From positions 1,937 to 65,936 of the forward strand of contig JAMOUW010000076.1 of assembly GCA_027067955.1 (NCBI GenBank): a stretch of DNA of 64,000 nucleotides. Reading direction: 5' to 3'. A model generated the notes under the pieces. It was not told where the DNA came from. It saw nothing but the letters and a program-made list of their open reading frames with translations, and ran no database searches. The position numbers and the translations under genes were made by a program. Shown piece after piece: positions 59,314-64,000 of this stretch. This stretch comes from Thermaceae bacterium (lineage in GTDB: Bacteria; Deinococcota; Deinococci; Deinococcales; Marinithermaceae). Position 1 is the stretch's first letter. Each line of letters starts with the position of its first letter.

Positions 59314-60624
59314 TCACGGCTCGAGCCCGCCAAGCCACGACTTGAAGGCTTCTATGCCCCTGGAAAACATTGCAGCGCGCCTTTCGCGCTTGGGCATCTT
59401 TTCACCCGGAGGGGGGACGAGACCCCAATTTGCATTCATTGGCTGAAAGTCCCGGGGGGTGGCGTTCGCCAGGAAGCGCACCAATCCGCCAAGCATGCTT
59501 TGTACCGGCGGCGGCTCCGGGGATGGAAGTCCTTTTGCCAGTGCGGCCGCCTGCAAAGCCGCCAACCAGCCGGTGGCCGCCGACTCCAGGTAGCCCTCCA
59601 CGCCGGAAAGCACCCCGGCCACGAAGACTCCCGGCAGGGCTTTGAGCTCTAGCCGCTCATCCAAAACCCGCGGGGCGTTCAGGTAGGTATTGCGGTGCAT
59701 TACGCCGTAACGAACTATCTCGGCTTGCTCTAGCCCGGGAATTAAACGCACTATCTGTTTCTGATCGCCCCACTTGAGGCCGGTCTGAAACCCCACCAGG
59801 CTCCACATCCTTCCCTCCCTGTCCTCGCGTCGCAACTGGACCACCGCAAAGGGCCGTTCGCCGCTGCGGGGATCGAGCAGCCCCACCGGCTTGAGCGGAC
59901 CGTAGAGAGGGGTCTGGTATCCGCGCCGGGCCAGCTCTTCTATGGGCATGCACCCCTCGAAGAACTCCAGCTTCTCCCAGTCGTGCGGCGTATGATTCCG
60001 GGCTGCGGCAACGGCCCGGTGAAAAGTCCGGTATTCCTCCTCGGTAAGCGGGCAGTTGATGTAGTCGGCTTCCTGGTCGTAGCGGCCTGCCCGGTAGCAG
60101 ACATCCATGTTTATTGATTCCCCCAGGATCACCGGGGCGGCTGCGTCGTAAAAACTCAAAAACGGCTCGCCCAGCTTTTCCCGCAGGTCAGTGGCCAGAG
60201 CCTCGCCGGTAAGGGGGCCGGTAGCCAGAACGAGCGGCCTTTTCGCAGGAACGCCCGTCACCTCCACGCGCTCGATCGTGATGAGCGGGTGTTCCTGGAC
60301 ACGTTCGGTAACCAGGGAGCTGAACACCTCCCGGTCTACCGCCAGGGCGCCGCCGGCCGGAACGCGCGCCGCATCAGCCGCCTGCATGATCAGCGACCCG
60401 GCGGCCCGCAACTCGGCCTGCAAAAGCCCCTTGGCGCTGGTGCGCGCTGTGCTCCCCAGCGAATTGGAACATACCAGCTCCGCCATACGATCGCTAACGT
60501 GAGCCGGCGTCATCTTTCTAGGCCGCATCTCGTAAAGAACCACTCGCAACCCGCGCTGTGCCAAAACATAGGCCGCTTCCGAACCGGCCAGCCCTCCACC
60601 CACGACATGAACACTATCGGTCAC
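59314..60624 (-). CDS. trmFO: tRNA (uracil-54) folate/FAD-dependent methyltransferase
   Basis: GGGLAGSEAA, ELVCSNS, FYDAAAP, RYGVMHRNTY and EGYLES motifs; GTG 60624 lies 6 nt after TATGAT. Confidence 0.95.
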   Translation of the reverse strand: MTDSVHVVGGGLAGSEAAYVLAQRGLRVVLYEMRPRKMTPAHVSDRMAELVCSNSLGSTARTSAKGLLQAELRAAGSLIMQAADAARVPAGGALAVDREVFSSLVTERVQEHPLITIERVEVTGVPAKRPLVLATGPLTGEALATDLREKLGEPFLSFYDAAAPVILGESINMDVCYRAGRYDQEADYINCPLTEEEYRTFHRAVAAARNHTPHDWEKLEFFEGCMPIEELARRGYQTPLYGPLKPVGLLDPRSGERPFAVVQLRREDREGRMWSLVGFQTGLKWGDQKQIVRLIPGLEQAEIVRYGVMHRNTYLNAPRVLDERLELKALPGVFVAGVLSGVEGYLESAATGWLAALQAAALAKGLPSPEPPPVQSMLGGLVRFLANATPRDFQPMNANWGLVPPPGEKMPKRERRAAMFSRGIEAFKSWLGGLEP

Positions 60625-60742
60625 GCCGGCATCATAGTCTCCTCTTCCCCTGCTTCCGTGAGAGTTGCATGTTAGACTTGTAGCGTTCAAAAACTCCCCG
60701 ATGCGCCCTGCGGCGCAAAGCGCGGGATCAGGAGGTTTATTT

Positions 60743-61861
60743 ATGGCGAAGGTAAAGTTGAATAACGTATGGAAGCGTTTCGGAAAGGTCGTGGCCGTCA
60801 AGGAATTCAATCTTGAAACCAAAGACGGCGAGTTCGTGGTTTTCGTCGGTCCTTCCGGTTGCGGCAAAACCACTACCCTGAGAATGATCGCCGGGCTGGA
60901 AGAGGTAAGCGAGGGGGAAATATATATCGGCGACCGGCTGGTCAACGACGTGCCGCCCAAGGACCGCGACATCGCCATGGTATTTCAGAACTACGCCCTC
61001 TATCCGCATATGAACGTCTACGACAACATGGCCTTCGGGCTGCGGCTCCGCAAGGTGCCAAAAAACGAAATTGATCGCCGGGTTCATGAAGCGGCAAAAA
61101 TTCTAAAGATCGAGCACCTGCTCAAGCGCAAACCCCGCGAGCTGTCCGGCGGCCAGCGTCAGCGAGTCGCCATGGGGCGCGCCATCGTTCGTGAGCCGAA
61201 GGTCTTCCTGATGGACGAACCGCTCTCCAACCTGGACGCAAAGCTGCGCGTGGAAATGCGCGCCGAGATAAGCAAGCTGCAGCAGCGCCTGGGTGTTACC
61301 ACCATCTACGTCACCCACGACCAGATCGAGGCCATGACCCTGGGTCATCGCATCGTGGTGATGAAGGACGGCGAAATCCAGCAGGTCGACAGCCCGCTCA
61401 ATCTTTACAACCTGCCGGCAAACAAGTTCGTGGCCGGATTCATAGGCAGCCCGGCGATGAATTTTATCCGCTCATCCGTCGAACCCGAAGGTGACAAGAT
61501 AGCCCTGGTGCACAAGAACTTCCGGCTGGTGGTGGACGGACCCTTCGCCGAGGAATTGAAGCCCTACAGCGGCAAGGAGGTATGGCTGGGGATTCGCCCC
61601 GAAAACATCCGCCTGCGCTCCGAAGAAACGCCGGGCGAACACACGGTAATTAAAGGCATAGTAGACGTGGTTGAACCCCTGGGCGCAGAAACGGAAATCC
61701 ACGTCCGCCTGGACGACGTCAAGATCACCGCCCGTATCCAGGGGTACGAACCACTGCAACCGGAAGAAGCCGTTGATCTCGAGGTAGACACGTCCATGCT
61801 CCACGCTTTTGACGTGGAAACGGGCAAGGCCATAGCCCACGCCCTGGCCTTCGTGGAATAA
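60743..61861 (+). CDS. MalK/UgpC-type sugar ABC ATPase (orphan, probably shared)
   Basis: GPSGCGKTT, VFQNYALYPHM and LSGGQRQR motifs; TOBE tail; AGGAGG SD. Confidence 0.93.
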   Translation: MAKVKLNNVWKRFGKVVAVKEFNLETKDGEFVVFVGPSGCGKTTTLRMIAGLEEVSEGEIYIGDRLVNDVPPKDRDIAMVFQNYALYPHMNVYDNMAFGLRLRKVPKNEIDRRVHEAAKILKIEHLLKRKPRELSGGQRQRVAMGRAIVREPKVFLMDEPLSNLDAKLRVEMRAEISKLQQRLGVTTIYVTHDQIEAMTLGHRIVVMKDGEIQQVDSPLNLYNLPANKFVAGFIGSPAMNFIRSSVEPEGDKIALVHKNFRLVVDGPFAEELKPYSGKEVWLGIRPENIRLRSEETPGEHTVIKGIVDVVEPLGAETEIHVRLDDVKITARIQGYEPLQPEEAVDLEVDTSMLHAFDVETGKAIAHALAFVE

Positions 61862-61867
61862 CACGAC

Positions 61868-62902
61868 ATGCGCAGGTACTCGCCGAGCCTCAAGTTCTGG
61901 TTCACGCTGACGATCGGGACGCTGGCGTTCCTACCCAACCTGATCGTCATATACGTGTTGAGCCGCGGCTCCCCCGAGCTGCTGGCGCAACAGAACGTGC
62001 GTATAGCCGTCTGGCTAATCTCGGTTAGCTTTTTCGCCACCGCCATAGGATACCTGCTGGCCAACCGGTTGCTGGCGCCCCTGGACGAACTTACGAGGAC
62101 CCTGCGCTATCTCAAGGTAAGCTCCCGCACGCTGTCCGATCTTAGCCTGCCTCCCCCAAAAACACCGCTACCCCGGGAAGTGGCCACCCTGAGAAGGCAG
62201 ATCGACACCCTGATACAGCACCTGCGCGGACTCACAGAAAGCCGCGAGGCGGTGTTCGCAACCCTTGCTCATGATCTCAAGACCCCCCTCATCGCCGCGG
62301 TGCGCGCCACCTCTTACCTGGTGGATGCGGACGAAATCACCCGCGAACAGCGTATCCAGATGCTCAGGCAGCTTCAGGAAGAACTGGACCGCACCTACCG
62401 ACTCATAGAAAACCTGTTGACCGCCAGCAAGCTGGAGACCACGCGCCCCCAGCTGGAGCTGGTCAATATCGCCGCCATGCTGGACGATCTGCGCCTGCGC
62501 TACCTGAAGGAAGCGGCAAAACGCGGCATCCAAATCGAGGTCACCGGCTCCGGGGAAACCCGGGCTGATCGGATGATGCTCGAGCGGGCAGGGGCCAATC
62601 TGATCGAAAACGCCCTGCGGCACGCGCGCAGCAAGATACTGCTGCGCGCAGGTCCGGGGTTTTTTGAGGTGGAAGACGACGGCCCCGGCCTGCCAGGACC
62701 GCTGGAATCTCTCTCACAACCCTTCCACAGCAAGAAGTTGCAGGGGGTGCGCTCTGGCAGTTCGGGGCTGGGGCTGTATATCGCCCGCCAGGTAGCGGAG
62801 CTACACAAAGGCGTATTCCGCAGCTGTCAGAGCACACTTGGCGGGGCCTGCATCCGCATCGAGGCCAACGACCGCCGTCTTTCTACCTATACCTTGTTAT
62901 GA
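61868..62902 (+). CDS. sensor histidine kinase
   Basis: Two TM helices; LAHDLKTP, NLIENA, DDGPG and GLGL motifs. Confidence 0.9.
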   Translation: MRRYSPSLKFWFTLTIGTLAFLPNLIVIYVLSRGSPELLAQQNVRIAVWLISVSFFATAIGYLLANRLLAPLDELTRTLRYLKVSSRTLSDLSLPPPKTPLPREVATLRRQIDTLIQHLRGLTESREAVFATLAHDLKTPLIAAVRATSYLVDADEITREQRIQMLRQLQEELDRTYRLIENLLTASKLETTRPQLELVNIAAMLDDLRLRYLKEAAKRGIQIEVTGSGETRADRMMLERAGANLIENALRHARSKILLRAGPGFFEVEDDGPGLPGPLESLSQPFHSKKLQGVRSGSSGLGLYIARQVAELHKGVFRSCQSTLGGACIRIEANDRRLSTYTLL

Positions 62903-62909
62903 TGATACT

Positions 62910-63500
62910 ATGAGACTCCTCATCGCCGACGATCATCCGCTGTTCCGAATCGGCCTGCGGGCCGCCCTCGAAAAGGAGGGTTTCGACGTAGTGGCCGAAG
63001 CCGGGGACGGGGATGAGGCGGTGCGGTTGGTGGAAACCCATGAACCCGAGGTAGTAATCCTCGATATCCGCATGCCCCGCATGGACGGTATAGCGGCGTG
63101 TACCGCCCTGCGCAAAAAGGGATATCCCGGGATCGTGGTCATGCTCACCACCTTCACCGAGGCCGCCATCCAGAATAAAGCCGCCTCGGCAGGCGCCAAC
63201 GCCTACTATTCCAAGGAAGTAAGCCCGGCCGAACTGGCCCGGCGCATCCTGCGGCTGACACAGAACCCCGAAGACTCTTCTTTCACCCCGCCGCCGGTGC
63301 CCAGCCTTACCCCGCGCGAGCGCGAAGTGCTGGATTTGCTGGCACGGGGCCTGACGGCGCGCGAGATGGGAGACATCCTGGGACTCAAGCCCGACACCGT
63401 GCGCGACTACCTCAAACGCCTGTACGGCAAACTCGACGCTGGAAACCGCATCGAGGCCCTCGAGCATGCCCGGCGCCTGGGCTTCCTCGATTCACCCTGA
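62910..63500 (+). CDS. NarL/LuxR-family response regulator
   Basis: LIADDH, LDIRMP and LTPREREVL motifs. Confidence 0.92.
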   Translation: MRLLIADDHPLFRIGLRAALEKEGFDVVAEAGDGDEAVRLVETHEPEVVILDIRMPRMDGIAACTALRKKGYPGIVVMLTTFTEAAIQNKAASAGANAYYSKEVSPAELARRILRLTQNPEDSSFTPPPVPSLTPREREVLDLLARGLTAREMGDILGLKPDTVRDYLKRLYGKLDAGNRIEALEHARRLGFLDSP

Positions 63501-63528
63501 ACTAAGCCAACCCGTTAAACTGATATAG

Positions 63529-63858
63529 ATGAAACTCGTGATCGCCGTGGTTCAAGACGCCGACGCGCCGGCCCTGACGCGCGCTTTGGGCGAGGCCGGC
63601 CTCACCTCCACCAAGCTGGCCTCAACCGGAGGTTTTTTGCGCGAAGGGAACACCACACTGCTGATCGGTGTGGATGACGGCCAGCTCGAGCAGGTCAAGC
63701 AGACCATTCGCGATACCTGCCGTACCCGCACCCGCCTGATCACACCCGGCCTGCCTCTGGCCGAAACCCCGGAGGCGATGGTCGGCCAGCCGGTCGAGGT
63801 ACAGGTGGGAGGGGCGGTGGTCTTCGTGCTCGACGTCGCCGAGTTTCTCAAGTTATAG
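63529..63858 (+). CDS. darA: cyclic-di-AMP receptor, PII-like (DarA/PstA)
   Basis: [26 protein letters not shown] and GGAVVFV motifs. Confidence 0.9.
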   Translation: MKLVIAVVQDADAPALTRALGEAGLTSTKLASTGGFLREGNTTLLIGVDDGQLEQVKQTIRDTCRTRTRLITPGLPLAETPEAMVGQPVEVQVGGAVVFVLDVAEFLKL

Positions 63859-63866
63859 GAGACTCA

Positions 63867-64000
63867 ATGAATCATCGTTTCTTGACAATCATCGCAGCAC
63901 TGTTTCTTTCGCTTTCCTTCGCGCAGATAACGTACAACCCGCCCGGGTTCAACAAGGCGCTCGGCGTCGAGCTGGGCAAAAGTAGTTTCACGTACAAGGG
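63867..64000 (+). CDS. secreted protein, N-terminal fragment
   Basis: AGGAG SD and signal peptide MNHRFLTIIAALFLSLSFA; the frame is open to the window end. Confidence 0.6.
   Translation, partial: MNHRFLTIIAALFLSLSFAQITYNPPGFNKALGVELGKSSFTYK

Noticed and set aside
59314-60978. Long N-terminal extensions in the ORF track (trmFO, oxidoreductase alpha, tatD, uvrD, aspS)
   Set aside because: These are artefacts of longest-ORF calling. SD or -10 evidence supports the shorter starts.

Overview
A GC-rich, gene-dense chromosomal segment from a Deinococcus-Thermus bacterium, most likely Thermaceae (Oceanithermus/Marinithermus-like). This is inferred from Thermus-type protein signatures and frequent leaderless promoters. 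It carries about 60 mostly housekeeping CDSs: tilS, truD, aroF-tyrA, nfeD-floA-phoH-ybeY-dgkA-cdd, a LolA-like ABC export cluster, a Liv-type ABC/acyl-CoA ligase cluster, trpC, uvrD, a 2-oxoacid:ferredoxin oxidoreductase, thiI, a non-discriminating aspS, murJ, hslVU, trmFO and darA. It also has a tRNA Pro-Gly-Arg cluster. I found no integrase, transposase or CRISPR array. Strongest signals: (1) a complete, tightly coupled archaeal-type nurA-herA-sbcD(mre11)-sbcC(rad50) operon; (2) a perfect RDRM-like 17-bp palindrome covering the -35 of that operon's promoter; (3) an unannotated Asn-Asn-Asp leader peptide with competing antiterminator/terminator hairpins in front of the non-discriminating AspRS; (4) a candidate Tyr leader peptide before aroF-tyrA; (5) several catalytically degenerate enzyme folds; (6) a REP/heptamer repeat hotspot. 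All calls were made by eye from motifs; no database searches were run.
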